Origin: Nitrospirota bacterium
GTDB taxonomy: Bacteria; Nitrospirota; UBA9217
Length of the DNA stretch: 64,000 bases
Direction of reading: 5' to 3'
Assembly (NCBI GenBank): GCA_963845065.1
Contig: CAWJQQ010000006.1
Span: forward strand, 160,001-224,000
Made by a program: the position numbers and the translations under genes. The notes under the pieces are model-generated. The model saw nothing but the letters and a program-made list of their open reading frames with translations. It was not told the DNA's origin and did no database searches. Below are positions 29,921-40,386 of the stretch, in pieces; the first letter of the stretch is position 1; the number at the start of each line of letters is the position of its first letter.

Positions 29921-31012
29921 ATGAAGATTCCCCCTTCAAAATCGAAAGACATCACCACACTCATCAGGCCGCAAGTACGCAAGCTCGCGGCGTACCACGT
30001 AGACGAAACACGTGTCCGCATCAAGCTTGACGCCATGGAGAACCCCTTCTCGATGCCCCCTGCCGTTCGACGTGAAATTGCAACAGTTGTTAAAAACGCT
30101 GCACTAAACCTTTATCCAGATCCTTCTGCCAAGGTGCTGAAGAAGGAGATTGCATTGCTTTGGAAGATGAACCCGGAGAACATGATAATCGGCAACGGTT
30201 CGGACGAACTGATACAGGCGATCATCCTCGCTTTTGGAGGCCCTGTGCTAATTCCATCACCGACGTTTGCCATGTACGAGATAACATCCAGGGCGCTTGC
30301 ACAGAGCGTGGTTTCCATCCCGCTTGATGAGAATTTCGACCTTGATGCTGGATTGATGCTTAGGAAGGCCAAAGAGCGTAAAGCAAAAGTAATTTTTTTG
30401 GCTTGCCCGAATAATCCAACAGGTAACCGATTTTCGGACTCTGCTATCAGGAAAATAATGGATGAAACGAATGCGGCAATTGTTATCGACGAGGCTTATT
30501 TCAGCTTTTCCGGCAAAACCTATCTGCCACTCCTGAAAAAATATCCCAACATGATCCTTCTCCGGACTCTTTCGAAGATTGGTTTTGCAGGCCTTCGAAT
30601 CGGCGTACTGGTAGCATCTGGGAACATAGTAAATGAACTCAACAAGATCCGCCTTCCCTACAACATCAATGGTCTTTCCCAAGCGGTGGCGGTGAGTGCG
30701 CTTGCGCACCGGGATGTTATTAGTCAACAGATTTCCCTGTTGATTTCTGAGCGAAAAAAGCTCTATAATAATTTTTTGAAAATGCCCGGCATTACACCCT
30801 ATCCTTCTGAGACGAACTTCATCATGATCAGGACCAATACTGATGCGACGGTCATTCATCGAAAGCTGAAGCAGGCCGGCATTCTGATCAAGAATTTAAG
30901 CAAGGCCGGGCCGCTCAAGAACTGTCTGAGAATCACGATCGGGACTCCGGAAGAGAACAAGGAATTCTTAAAGATACTAACCCATATTTTAGCCACTGAT
31001 CAAGACGCGTAG
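29921..31012 (+). CDS. hisC: Histidinol-phosphate aminotransferase
   Basis: [31 protein letters not shown] (PLP Lys), RITIG. Confidence 0.96.
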   Translation: MKIPPSKSKDITTLIRPQVRKLAAYHVDETRVRIKLDAMENPFSMPPAVRREIATVVKNAALNLYPDPSAKVLKKEIALLWKMNPENMIIGNGSDELIQAIILAFGGPVLIPSPTFAMYEITSRALAQSVVSIPLDENFDLDAGLMLRKAKERKAKVIFLACPNNPTGNRFSDSAIRKIMDETNAAIVIDEAYFSFSGKTYLPLLKKYPNMILLRTLSKIGFAGLRIGVLVASGNIVNELNKIRLPYNINGLSQAVAVSALAHRDVISQQISLLISERKKLYNNFLKMPGITPYPSETNFIMIRTNTDATVIHRKLKQAGILIKNLSKAGPLKNCLRITIGTPEENKEFLKILTHILATDQDA

Positions 31013-31082
31013 ACACGGGCAAAAACGACTTATTGATTACATTCGTGTTCATCAGTGTCCATCGAGGCAAAAGGATATCATC

Positions 31083-31673
31083 ATGCCGCGCAAAGCAACG
31101 ATCCATCGCAAGACTAAAGAAACTGAAATCAAAATTTCGCTGAACCTTGATGGTACAGGACAGTACAGCATCAAGACGACGGTACCGTTTATGGATCATA
31201 TGTTCTCGCACATCGCCAAACACGGCTTCTTCGACCTTGCTATCAAGGCAAAAGGAGACACGGAAATCGACGACCACCATACGGTTGAGGACCTCGGTAT
31301 TGCCTTCGGCCAGGCGCTCAAAAAAGCTCTCAACGAAAGCAAGGGCATTCGCCGTTATGGGGAAGCGACAGTCCCCATGGACGAGACCCTTGCCGAGGTG
31401 GTCGTGGACCTCTCCGGCAGACCATACCTTGTGTATCAGCTGGATTTACCGAAGAAGTATAAGCTTAAGAACTTCGATCCCGGACTTGTCGAAGACTTCT
31501 TCCGTTCTGTTTCAAACCACGCAGGTATGAACCTTCACATCCGCATCCTCTACGGCCGCGACGTACACCATATGCTCGAAGGAATCTTCAAGGCTTTCGG
31601 GCGCGCCCTTGACCAAGCCACGAGTGTTGATTCCCGGATCAGGGGCGTGCTCTCAACGAAGGGGCAAATATAA
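31083..31673 (+). CDS. hisB: Imidazoleglycerol-phosphate dehydratase
   Basis: [27 protein letters not shown]. Confidence 0.97.
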   Translation: MPRKATIHRKTKETEIKISLNLDGTGQYSIKTTVPFMDHMFSHIAKHGFFDLAIKAKGDTEIDDHHTVEDLGIAFGQALKKALNESKGIRRYGEATVPMDETLAEVVVDLSGRPYLVYQLDLPKKYKLKNFDPGLVEDFFRSVSNHAGMNLHIRILYGRDVHHMLEGIFKAFGRALDQATSVDSRIRGVLSTKGQI

Positions 31674-31771
31674 AAATCTACAAATCACCATCCAGGTGAA
31701 GCCCGGAAAGAAGTCGTACTTTTTCCCCCTTTCGGATCTTCTTTCCCCCTCTCTCCTGAAAAGGTCTTGCA

Positions 31772-32389
31772 ATGATAGCGATTATCGATTATGGAATGGG
31801 AAACTTACGCAGCGTCCAGAAAGGCTTCGAACGGGTGGGCCATGAGGCCATGGTCACCAGTGACGCGAAAACAATCCTGAGCGCTTCCAAAGTAGTCCTG
31901 CCCGGTGTGGGTGCTTTTCCGGACTGCATGCGGAACCTCCGGGAATACGGGCTTATTGACGTAGTACACGAGAGCATCAAGTCGGGCAAGCCATTTCTCG
32001 GCATTTGCCTCGGTCTTCAGCTGCTTTTTACGGAAAGCGAGGAATTTGGAATCTCTAAGGGCCTAGACATTATAAAAGGCCGCGTCATCCGGTTCAAGGG
32101 ACCTGAATTCAGCAATCTCAAGATCCCGCATATGGGATGGAATTCCATCTCAATCAGGCGCCGTGCGCCTTCGCTTCAAGACGTGCCTGACGGCAGCTAC
32201 GTTTATTTCGTTCACTCGTTCCACGCAGTGCCAGATGATAAAAGCGTTATAGCGACAACAACTCCCTATGGTTTTGAGTTCGTATCGAGCATCTGGGAGA
32301 ACAACGTCTTTGCTGTCCAGTTCCACCCTGAGAAGAGCCAGGCTTTGGGACTTTCGATTTTGAAACGTTTCGGAGAACAGAAGGGATAA
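31772..32389 (+). CDS. hisH: Imidazole glycerol phosphate synthase, glutaminase subunit
   Basis: DYGMGNLRSV, PGVG, GICLG, PHMGWN, QFHPEKS. Confidence 0.97.
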   Translation: MIAIIDYGMGNLRSVQKGFERVGHEAMVTSDAKTILSASKVVLPGVGAFPDCMRNLREYGLIDVVHESIKSGKPFLGICLGLQLLFTESEEFGISKGLDIIKGRVIRFKGPEFSNLKIPHMGWNSISIRRRAPSLQDVPDGSYVYFVHSFHAVPDDKSVIATTTPYGFEFVSSIWENNVFAVQFHPEKSQALGLSILKRFGEQKG

Positions 32390-32495
32390 AACACGAACTG
32401 GAGAAGCGGGGAAGGGGTGAATCCGAGCGTAAGATCGTATGTATAATACTCTGGTTCCCCGTTTCGCCGTTACGACGAGGTCATATCTTAAAGCC

Positions 32496-33242
32496 ATGCT
32501 TATTATTCCTGCTATCGATCTTAAAGAAGGCAAATGCGTCCGCCTCGAACAGGGACTCATGGACAAAGCCACGGTTTATTCCGATGATCCCGCAACCACA
32601 GCAAAACATTGGGAGTCCCAGGGGGCCGAACTCCTGCACGTTGTTGATTTAAATGGAGCTTTTGTGGGTGCACCTGTGAACCTCGATGCTATCAAAGCCA
32701 TTCGTACTGCTATTAAAATACCGATCGAGGTTGGCGGCGGCATCCGCGAAATAGACACAATCGCACGTCTGGTCTCCATTGGCATCAACCGCATCATTCT
32801 CGGTACGTCTGCCATAGAGAACCCGACATTTGTTCAGGAAGCCTGCGCGAAATTTCCAGGAAAGATTATAGTGGGAATCGATGCCAAGGACGGCATGGTC
32901 GCGATCAGAGGTTGGGCAGAAGTGACCAAAGTAAGGGCAATCGATCTAGCGATACAGATGCAGGATTATGGCGTTATCTCCATCATCTACACGGACATCA
33001 AGCGAGATGGCATGCTCTCCGGCCCGAACATTGAAGCTACCAAGATGCTCGCCGATGCGCTCCACATACCAGTCATAGCCTCTGGCGGTGTCCATACGAT
33101 GAAAGATATCGAAAATCTTCTCACGGTGCGTTACTCCGGTGTGAGCGGCGTGATTACTGGAAAGGCGATCTATAGCGGATCTCTTAATCTGAAAGAAGCG
33201 ATCACATTTATCAAAATGAATGACAACCGGTGTGTGAGATAG
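32496..33242 (+). CDS. hisA: ProFAR isomerase
   Basis: [17 protein letters not shown] (start ATG 32496), [24 protein letters not shown]. Confidence 0.97.
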   Translation: MLIIPAIDLKEGKCVRLEQGLMDKATVYSDDPATTAKHWESQGAELLHVVDLNGAFVGAPVNLDAIKAIRTAIKIPIEVGGGIREIDTIARLVSIGINRIILGTSAIENPTFVQEACAKFPGKIIVGIDAKDGMVAIRGWAEVTKVRAIDLAIQMQDYGVISIIYTDIKRDGMLSGPNIEATKMLADALHIPVIASGGVHTMKDIENLLTVRYSGVSGVITGKAIYSGSLNLKEAITFIKMNDNRCVR

Positions 33243-33339
33243 CTGTAATATCCCTCGTTGCTTTCTCGCGTTTACCGTTTGTATGCCTATAGGCTTGTCG
33301 GCCGGTCAGCCTGCAGGTTTGAGGAAAAATACCGAAATA

Positions 33340-34179
33340 ATGTTAACCAAACGAATCATCCCCTGTCTCGATGTTAAAGGTGGCCGCGTTGTGAAGGGCG
33401 TAAGCTTCGTGAACCTGCGTGATGCAGGGGACCCCGTGGAAATCGCAAAAGCATATGATGAGCAGGGCGCGGACGAGCTAACGTTTCTTGACATCACTGC
33501 CTCGCACGAAGAACGCGGAATCATATTAGACGTAGTTAGACGGACGGCCGAACAGGTCTTCATGCCGCTCACCGTGGGTGGCGGCATCAAAGTGCTCGAT
33601 GACATCCGGAATCTTTTGCTCGCCGGCGCAGACAAGGTTTCAATAAACACGACTGCGGTTCATGATCCTGCATTTATTAAATCCGCGTCCCTGCGCTTCG
33701 GAAGCCAATGCATCGTCGTGGCAATTGACGCAAAACGGGTCGTAGCACATGGCAAGGATTTCAAGCCTCCGCTTATATGGTCTGCCGATCTCAAATACGC
33801 ATCACTCTTCCTTAAGCCGGGACAGACAACTGGTTGGGAAGTGTACACCCATGGCGGTAGAAATCCCATGGGCATTGATGCTGTTGCTTGGGCGAAAAAA
33901 ATGGAGGAGTACGGCGCAGGTGAGATACTACTCACTAGCATGAACCAAGACGGCCAGAAGACCGGCTACGATCTTGATCTGACACAGGCTGTTGCCGAGG
34001 CGGTCACGCTCCCGGTCATTGCCTCGGGCGGTGTGGGAAATCTCGAGCATATCTTTGAAGGATTTACCAAGGGCAAAGCCGATGCCGCCCTAGCTGCTTC
34101 GATCTTTCATTTTAAGGAATATACAATCAGACAGGCAAAGGAATATTTGAAAGAGCGGGGTGTACCGGTAAGGCTGTGA
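33340..34179 (+). CDS. hisF: Imidazole glycerol phosphate synthase, cyclase subunit
   Basis: [12 protein letters not shown] (start ATG 33340), [34 protein letters not shown]. Confidence 0.97.
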   Translation: MLTKRIIPCLDVKGGRVVKGVSFVNLRDAGDPVEIAKAYDEQGADELTFLDITASHEERGIILDVVRRTAEQVFMPLTVGGGIKVLDDIRNLLLAGADKVSINTTAVHDPAFIKSASLRFGSQCIVVAIDAKRVVAHGKDFKPPLIWSADLKYASLFLKPGQTTGWEVYTHGGRNPMGIDAVAWAKKMEEYGAGEILLTSMNQDGQKTGYDLDLTQAVAEAVTLPVIASGGVGNLEHIFEGFTKGKADAALAASIFHFKEYTIRQAKEYLKERGVPVRL

Positions 34180-34221
34180 AGAAAATATTTTCGTTACATT
34201 CAATTGAACCATTTATATTAT

Positions 34222-34247
34222 AGGCGGGATGAAGTCTCATCCCGCCT
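34222..34247. terminator. Hairpin between convergent hisF and DUF438 genes (probable terminator)
   Basis: Perfect 11-bp stem AGGCGGGATGA-AGTC-TCATCCCGCCT. Confidence 0.7.
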
Positions 34248-34253
34248 TATTCG

Positions 34254-35675
34254 CTATTCCCAGTCCAGCAATCGTTTGTTCCCTGCAAGCTTCTGGATGT
34301 GTGTTATATCCTGGGAAACCTCAAGACAGCCACGGTACGTTCCCGCCTGGTCGCGCACGGCAAAGTAGCGGATATGGATTACCTTGCCCTGCATCTGGAT
34401 CCAGAACTCTGCAACATCCTTTGTTCCTGCCTTGAATGACGACAATATCTTTTCCACCATATCTACACTTTTTGGCGGATGGCAGTTCTGAACCTTTCTG
34501 CCAATGACGCCGGGGCTTCGCGGGAATAGACGATCCGGAGTGGCCGAGTAATAAACGACCTCGTCGTTCTCATTCACATAGGAAATATCGATCGGCAGAT
34601 GCGTTAGCATCAAATTTACCTGGTCTGCAGTGAGCAGGCCGGTGTCGAGATTCAGGCTGCCGATCTTGTCGGCAATATGCGTCTGCTGAAACGATTCCGC
34701 GGACGGTTTCCATTGGGCTGCTGGGTTGATCCAGGCAAAGCCGATCTCCTCCTCTCCTTTTCTGACCTTTGCCCATTCGTCCTCCGAGAGTGTTTCGAGA
34801 GCCATAGGAAACAAAATATGCTCTTCCTTATAGACCATGTCGTTGATCATCTTGGCCAAGGACTCGATCGCCACTTTCTCCATCTTGCCATCCTTCACGC
34901 GTTTGCGTACGTCCTTGAGGAAGCCTCGTATATCATCATGGAGCGCCCACATGACTTTCGATGGCCCTGAAACGCCTTTCGTCTCAAAGATCGGGAAAAG
35001 CTGGTTTTCTTTACGGAGATAGTGTTTGTCGATCTGGGCAAGGCGGTCGAGGATGCTGATGAGCTTGTCTTTGTCCTTTATATAATCGGTGATGGCCTCT
35101 GCCTCTTTCAAGATATCCTCCGCAACTCGGTTCTCGAGCATCAGCGTATGGACCGGGTGTCCTGCAGGAAGACCCGGGACGGTCTTCTGCTCCAGCGCTT
35201 CCTTGAAGACCTGCACATGTACATCACAAAGGCTTTTAATCTCTGCTTCAGGCATACCTTCGGCAATGAGCTGCTGTTCCATCTGTGCAATTTCCCAAGG
35301 CGCAACGTCCTTGATCAGTTCCTCGAACTTCCTCTTCTGGGTTTCTATGTCCTTACCCGCATGCAGCTCTTTGATAATATTTTTAAGCGTATCGATCCGC
35401 AATTCCTGTTCATCAGGACCGCTTTCTGCATAAGACACGCTGACTGATTCGCCGGTTTTCTTCTTGATTTCAACTGCTATATCGTCAAGTAATTTTTTTA
35501 CGTCCCTCCCCCCGATCATTGCGACTTTGCCGAGTGACGCTATACGGCCCACGGTCTTACGCTTGAACGGATCGTCGAGGATCTTGAATTCAGAATTCAG
35601 GGTGATCAGAAAATCTTTGAGAAAAGGATAATGTGCTAAGATATCATTTACCTTCGTCTTCGAGCTCAGTTCCAT
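34254..35675 (-). CDS. DUF1858/DUF438-hemerythrin-PAS domain protein
   Basis: LCDVH, GHPVHTLMLEN, HYLRKENQLFP, VMWALHDDIR, KEEHILFP; C-terminal PAS_10 'GRKVQNCHPPKS...EFWIQ...GCLEVSQD'. Confidence 0.88.
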   Translation of the reverse strand: MELSSKTKVNDILAHYPFLKDFLITLNSEFKILDDPFKRKTVGRIASLGKVAMIGGRDVKKLLDDIAVEIKKKTGESVSVSYAESGPDEQELRIDTLKNIIKELHAGKDIETQKRKFEELIKDVAPWEIAQMEQQLIAEGMPEAEIKSLCDVHVQVFKEALEQKTVPGLPAGHPVHTLMLENRVAEDILKEAEAITDYIKDKDKLISILDRLAQIDKHYLRKENQLFPIFETKGVSGPSKVMWALHDDIRGFLKDVRKRVKDGKMEKVAIESLAKMINDMVYKEEHILFPMALETLSEDEWAKVRKGEEEIGFAWINPAAQWKPSAESFQQTHIADKIGSLNLDTGLLTADQVNLMLTHLPIDISYVNENDEVVYYSATPDRLFPRSPGVIGRKVQNCHPPKSVDMVEKILSSFKAGTKDVAEFWIQMQGKVIHIRYFAVRDQAGTYRGCLEVSQDITHIQKLAGNKRLLDWE

Positions 35676-35701
35676 GTTTCCCTCCTCGTTATATTATGCC
35701 G

Positions 35702-35743
35702 ATTATAGCTTATTTTTGTGCGGACACGTATGATTTAGGTCAT
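35702..35743 (-). promoter_or_regulatory. Class II Crp/Fnr-type activated promoter of the DUF438 gene
   Basis: Minus strand: ATGAC-CTAA-ATCAT box (35730-35743) centred at -41.5 when TATAAT (35707-35702) is taken as -12..-7. Confidence 0.6.
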
Positions 35744-36014
35744 GACAACCGGTTTTTACACAAAAAAAGAGCCGAGTAACTGCTCGCTTAAAAAAGCCCC
35801 TGGCTCGTTTCAATGGATTATAAATTCAGTTAAAGTGCCAGGGGTTCATGGTTCCGCTTTTCGAAGGTCTATGATAGCATTCGCAAATCCATCCGCTACG
35901 CTTCATGAAATATTATGGCTGGTTGCTAAATTATCATAATGCTGTCATTGATCTCCAGAAAATATTCACATTGGATTCAGTGAGTTCGGAGCATAAAAAA
36001 AACGAACACATCCC

Positions 36015-37025
36015 CTAGAGAGGAAAATGACAGGCAACCTGGTGGGCTTCGCCGATGTCCTTGAGCAGGGGCTCGTTGGCAGGGTCCGTGCAGACAAAAG
36101 GCTTGCCCTTGGACTCATATACGGGACAGCGCGGTGCGAATCGGCAGCCTTCGGTCGGCCGCTCGAAATCGAACACGCCCCACCGCCCTGCTTGAAAGCT
36201 CTTGGCCTTTTGGGAGACTTCACTACTTTGCTTTTCCACAAGTGAGGACCAGAGAATATGAGTGTATGGATGGCGCGGTTTGTGTGCAATGCGACTCGCA
36301 AGCCCAAACTCCACAATCTTGCCGAGGTACATCACGGCCACTTTGTGGCTGACTAACTCTACCACTCGAAGATCGTGGGAGATGAAGAGAAAGGAAAAGC
36401 CCAGATTTTTCTGAAGGTCCCGGAGGAGGTTTAGTACCTGCGCCTGGATTGAAACGTCGAGGGCGCTAGTAGGTTCATCGGCAACGATGAACCGCGCACC
36501 GACGGAAAGAACACGTGCAATGCCGACACGCCGCTTTTCACCGCCTGAGAGCTCATGCGGGAAATTGCTGAGTTTTGTCGTTTTGAGGTTAACCTGCTCA
36601 AGCAAACTGGTGATTCGTTTTTTCACTTCAACTTCGCTCAGCTGGTGATGGACCGTGATCGCTTCCTTCAAAATATCTCGAATGCGCATCTTGGGATTGA
36701 GCGCCGCGTCGAGATCTTGAAAGATCATCTGCATCTGTCCCCGGAGACGGCGAAGCTCTCCGGTTGGGACACTCGTGATATCCCTGCCTTCGAAGACTAT
36801 CCTACCTGAGGTGGGCTTTTCGAGACGAAGGATGGTCCGGCCGATCGTTGTCTTGCCGCACCCCGACTCGCCGACGAGGCCGACTGTCTCATTCTCCTGT
36901 AGGTAAAAACTCACCCCATCAACTGCAGGAATGAACTGTAGCTTCTCCTTGAAGGCGGAGAAGACCCCCTTGCTAAGGGCGAAGTACTTTTTGAGGTCTA
37001 TAACTTCGAGAATTGTTTTAGACAT
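36015..37025 (-). CDS. Peptide/nickel ABC transporter ATPase (OppF/DppF-like)
   Basis: [30 protein letters not shown]-terminal CRFAPRC...ACH. Confidence 0.93.
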   Translation of the reverse strand: MSKTILEVIDLKKYFALSKGVFSAFKEKLQFIPAVDGVSFYLQENETVGLVGESGCGKTTIGRTILRLEKPTSGRIVFEGRDITSVPTGELRRLRGQMQMIFQDLDAALNPKMRIRDILKEAITVHHQLSEVEVKKRITSLLEQVNLKTTKLSNFPHELSGGEKRRVGIARVLSVGARFIVADEPTSALDVSIQAQVLNLLRDLQKNLGFSFLFISHDLRVVELVSHKVAVMYLGKIVEFGLASRIAHKPRHPYTHILWSSLVEKQSSEVSQKAKSFQAGRWGVFDFERPTEGCRFAPRCPVYESKGKPFVCTDPANEPLLKDIGEAHQVACHFPL

Positions 37026-37160
37026 AAGAGCTCATGATACGAAGGGAAACTCGGAAAAAATCCTTAATATAGGTTCGCAGTAAGGGTGTCGGCGCTCCTA
37101 TATTTAATTCTGCGACCTTTCGCCGTACCAACCAGTCACTGTGGTAATGATTCTCGCGTT

Positions 37161-38276
37161 TCATTCAAAATAAAGCCAGCACCTTACTTTATGCTCCGGC
37201 GCGATCTCGCGCAGATCCGGCTCCCGGTACTCACACTTGTTCTTGATCGTATCGGTCACACGGGTGCACCGCGCAAAAAATCGGCACCCTCTTGGGATAT
37301 TGATCGTATCGAGCACGTCCCCTTCGATGGCCTGAAGATACCCTTTCTCCTTAATATTCCGGACAGTCGGGATCGATGCAAGGAGTGCCGATGTATAGGG
37401 GTGTTGAGACTGGAGGGCTGTCGACAAAACATCCTTCGCGGGGCCGTATTCGATAACCGTGCCGCCGTACATTACGGCTACGCAGTCCGAGAGGCGGGAG
37501 ATGATGCTGATATCGTGGCTGATCAACATAATCGTCGTACCGAGTTCCGACTTAAGGTCTGCGAGAAGGTCCACAATCTTCGACTGTATCGTGGCATCGA
37601 GCCCGGTGGTCGGTTCATCAGCGATCAGGAGTGATGGCTCGCAGGCAAGCGCCATGGCGATCATAGTGCGCTGGCACATGCCACCCGAAAGGCCATAGGG
37701 ATAGTTATCATACCGGACCTGCGGCGAGTCGATCTTTACGCGGTCAAGCCAGTACAGCGACCGCTCCCGAGCTTCCTGATTATTTTTGACTGCAGTATGA
37801 AGCCGGATAACTTCAGAGATCTGCCTTCCTACAGTCATGAAGGGGTTAAGCGAAGACTTAGGGTTCTGGAATATCATCGCAATCTCTTTGCCACGCACCT
37901 TGCTCATCACACGCTCGGAATGCTGTTCCCATCCGACCACATCCTTGCTCACATCCATAATCATGCCTTCTCGCTTCTTTGCCATTACATAACCGCCCAG
38001 GTCCTCGAGAAAGTTTTTTTGGACTCGGCCGGTCGTAAACTCGATCTTGCCGCTGATCACGCCCGGACCGGCACTGATGAGCCCCATGACGGAGAGTGCC
38101 GTAATGCTTTTGCCGCTACCACTCTCGCCCACCACACCGAGCGTCTCGCCTGCTGCGATCTCAAGGCTCACGCCGTCCACGGAGCGGATGAACGCCTTTT
38201 TGCTTTGCGAGTAGAAGTAGGTACGGAGTTCCTCGATTTTGAGAAGTGGAGCAGCAGTCGTCATGTGTCCAGTCAT
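37161..38276 (-). CDS. Peptide/nickel ABC transporter ATPase (OppD/DppD-like)
   Basis: GESGSGKS, LSGGMCQR, ADEPTTGLD, CRFFARC. Confidence 0.93.
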   Translation of the reverse strand: MTGHMTTAAPLLKIEELRTYFYSQSKKAFIRSVDGVSLEIAAGETLGVVGESGSGKSITALSVMGLISAGPGVISGKIEFTTGRVQKNFLEDLGGYVMAKKREGMIMDVSKDVVGWEQHSERVMSKVRGKEIAMIFQNPKSSLNPFMTVGRQISEVIRLHTAVKNNQEARERSLYWLDRVKIDSPQVRYDNYPYGLSGGMCQRTMIAMALACEPSLLIADEPTTGLDATIQSKIVDLLADLKSELGTTIMLISHDISIISRLSDCVAVMYGGTVIEYGPAKDVLSTALQSQHPYTSALLASIPTVRNIKEKGYLQAIEGDVLDTINIPRGCRFFARCTRVTDTIKNKCEYREPDLREIAPEHKVRCWLYFE

Positions 38277-39205
38277 TTGACTTTCCGGCCCTCAAGTATG
38301 TTGTTCAGCCCATCGCCGAGCAGATGGAAGCCGAGGATTGTAAAAAGAATCGCGAGCGCAGGAGCCGTCGAGGGCCAAAACTGACCCTGCATGAAATAGT
38401 TGGCGCCCGCCTGCACCATGTTGCCCCAAGACGGTGTGGGCTCCTGCACACCGAAGCCGAGATAACTAAGGCTAGTCTCCATCAATATGGCCTCTGCCAT
38501 GCCAAGCGTTGCCTGAATAATGAGAAGAGAGCGGCAGTTGTGCCACAAGATGTGCTGCAAAATAATCGTCCTTGTCGGCAGACCCATAGCGATGTCCGCC
38601 TCAATAAAGTTTTTCTGTTTCAAGAAGAGGATCTTGCCCTTGACGAGTGATGTAACGACCGGCACGTTCGTCAGCCCCACAACAAGCATGATATAGTAGA
38701 TGTCCGGCTTGAACGCCGCGATCACGAGCAGTATGAGCACGAGGCGTGGGAAGGAGTCTACGAGGTTGGTGATATACGTAATGGCTGTGTCGAATTTTTT
38801 ACCGCGATAGCCTGCGAGTACTCCGAACAGTGTGCCTAACAGAAGCGCAACGCATACCGCGAGAAGTCCTGGTAGGAAATAGGCTTGAATGCCTACGATA
38901 AGACGCGATAGTATATCCCGACCCATAAAATCCGTGCCGAGCGGGTGTCCAGTAGTACCGGGAGCTGCCATCATGAGTTCGAGATCAATGCTCTGCGGGT
39001 CGTGCGGTAAAAGTTTGAACGAACCAAGGAGGTAGGATATAACGACAAGTATGACGATGAGAAGGCCGTAGCCCACGTACACGAGGTCGACGGCATCAAC
39101 TTTTTTCCAAAACGGTGGATCAGAAAGCTCACCAATCTCGCCGGATATCTGGGTGTAGGTTTTCATAATATTCAGGGGTCTGGAGCCAAGGGTCCGAAGA
39201 TTCAA
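38273..39205 (-). CDS. Peptide ABC transporter permease (OppC/DppC-like)
   Basis: HPLGTDFMGRDILSR, LSYLGFG...PSWG, LGDGL. Confidence 0.93.
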   Translation of the reverse strand: MNLRTLGSRPLNIMKTYTQISGEIGELSDPPFWKKVDAVDLVYVGYGLLIVILVVISYLLGSFKLLPHDPQSIDLELMMAAPGTTGHPLGTDFMGRDILSRLIVGIQAYFLPGLLAVCVALLLGTLFGVLAGYRGKKFDTAITYITNLVDSFPRLVLILLVIAAFKPDIYYIMLVVGLTNVPVVTSLVKGKILFLKQKNFIEADIAMGLPTRTIILQHILWHNCRSLLIIQATLGMAEAILMETSLSYLGFGVQEPTPSWGNMVQAGANYFMQGQFWPSTAPALAILFTILGFHLLGDGLNNILEGRKVK

Positions 39206-39268
39206 GTTTCTACCAGTGAAATGTTCACCTGAAGTAAACGCTTAAACCCTGGCGACCAGCCCCGGATC

Positions 39269-40234
39269 CTACTCCTTCGATGCTCTCGGATTCGTCACCA
39301 CGTACACCAGGGTCTGGAACAGGCTGCCCATGCGTACGAGTACCGCGGCCAAAATCGCGATTCCCATGATCACCGGGTAATCGCGGTCTTGCGCTGCCTG
39401 CCAGGCCATCCTTCCCATTCCAGGCCAGTTAAACACCTGCTCCACGATCACGGCACCGCCCAGGATGAAAGGAATTTTAGCCGCAATCATCTCGGTCACC
39501 GGGATAAGCATGCCTTCCTTAAAGGCATGCCTCCAGACCGACGCGCCCTTAGCCCTCGCCGTACGGATGTAGTCTTCGGCCATCACCCTCTCCATTTCCT
39601 GACGCAGGAAGCGAATCACCTCGCTGATCGTTCCGTTCCCCACGCCAAGCACGAAGATCGGCAGCAGCATATAGAGCCAGCGGAATTTCTGTCCCACACT
39701 TGAAAACCCGAAAGCAAGCGGAAACAAGCCAAGCTTATGCGTAAAGAAGTAGATGACGATGTAGCCGAGCCAGAACACCGGCAAGGCCGAGATCACGTAG
39801 GAGAATATGGTGAGTGGCCACGAAATTGTATTGATGCCGCGAACCGCGGAGTAGAGCGCTATAGGCACGGCAATAAGGAGCGTAATGATGAGAGAGCCAA
39901 TGGTAAGCAGAAAAGTATTTAGCCCAACGCGCAGGATCTCTGATAGTACCGGCATGCCGGTGCGGATAGAAGTGCCGAAGTTTCCAGTGAGCATACCTGC
40001 TAGCCAGGACAGGTACTGAGCACACCATCCCTTTGGGACACCAAGCGTCTGGCGCACACCCTCTCGGACTTCCGATGTGGTTGTCTGACCTTCGAGCAGA
40101 ACGCTAAACGGGTCGCCGGGCGACAAATAAAGAAGGATAAACACGACGAAGCTCACGCCAAGGAGCAAGAGCGCCGTGATGCCCAGCTCCTTTGACAGGA
40201 CCAAGGCTATAGGCCGGAAGGCTGATAATTTCAT
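39269..40234 (-). CDS. Peptide ABC transporter permease (OppB/DppB-like)
   Basis: PGDP, GNFGTS, EDYIRTARAKG, VEQVFNWPGMG, RDYP. Confidence 0.93.
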   Translation of the reverse strand: MKLSAFRPIALVLSKELGITALLLLGVSFVVFILLYLSPGDPFSVLLEGQTTTSEVREGVRQTLGVPKGWCAQYLSWLAGMLTGNFGTSIRTGMPVLSEILRVGLNTFLLTIGSLIITLLIAVPIALYSAVRGINTISWPLTIFSYVISALPVFWLGYIVIYFFTHKLGLFPLAFGFSSVGQKFRWLYMLLPIFVLGVGNGTISEVIRFLRQEMERVMAEDYIRTARAKGASVWRHAFKEGMLIPVTEMIAAKIPFILGGAVIVEQVFNWPGMGRMAWQAAQDRDYPVIMGIAILAAVLVRMGSLFQTLVYVVTNPRASKE

Positions 40235-40386
40235 ATTTAAATAAAAAAATTTGCCCCAATGGTCTCAAAGGTCACCAGGTTAGATCTTTTAGTGATTTTG
40301 TCTCCAAGTCTCGGTGATCTCTGCGGCTGTGAAATCCTTTAAGATTCGGTCTCGCTAACTCTGTACTCCGAATTTAAAACTTTTTA

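Noticed and set aside
35762..35846. Hairpins (CCCCTGGC...GCCAGGGG plus U-tract) as a riboswitch for the DUF438 gene
   Set aside because: No known aptamer motif; they lie upstream of the predicted DUF438 promoter and are better explained as terminator(s) of the ABC operon.
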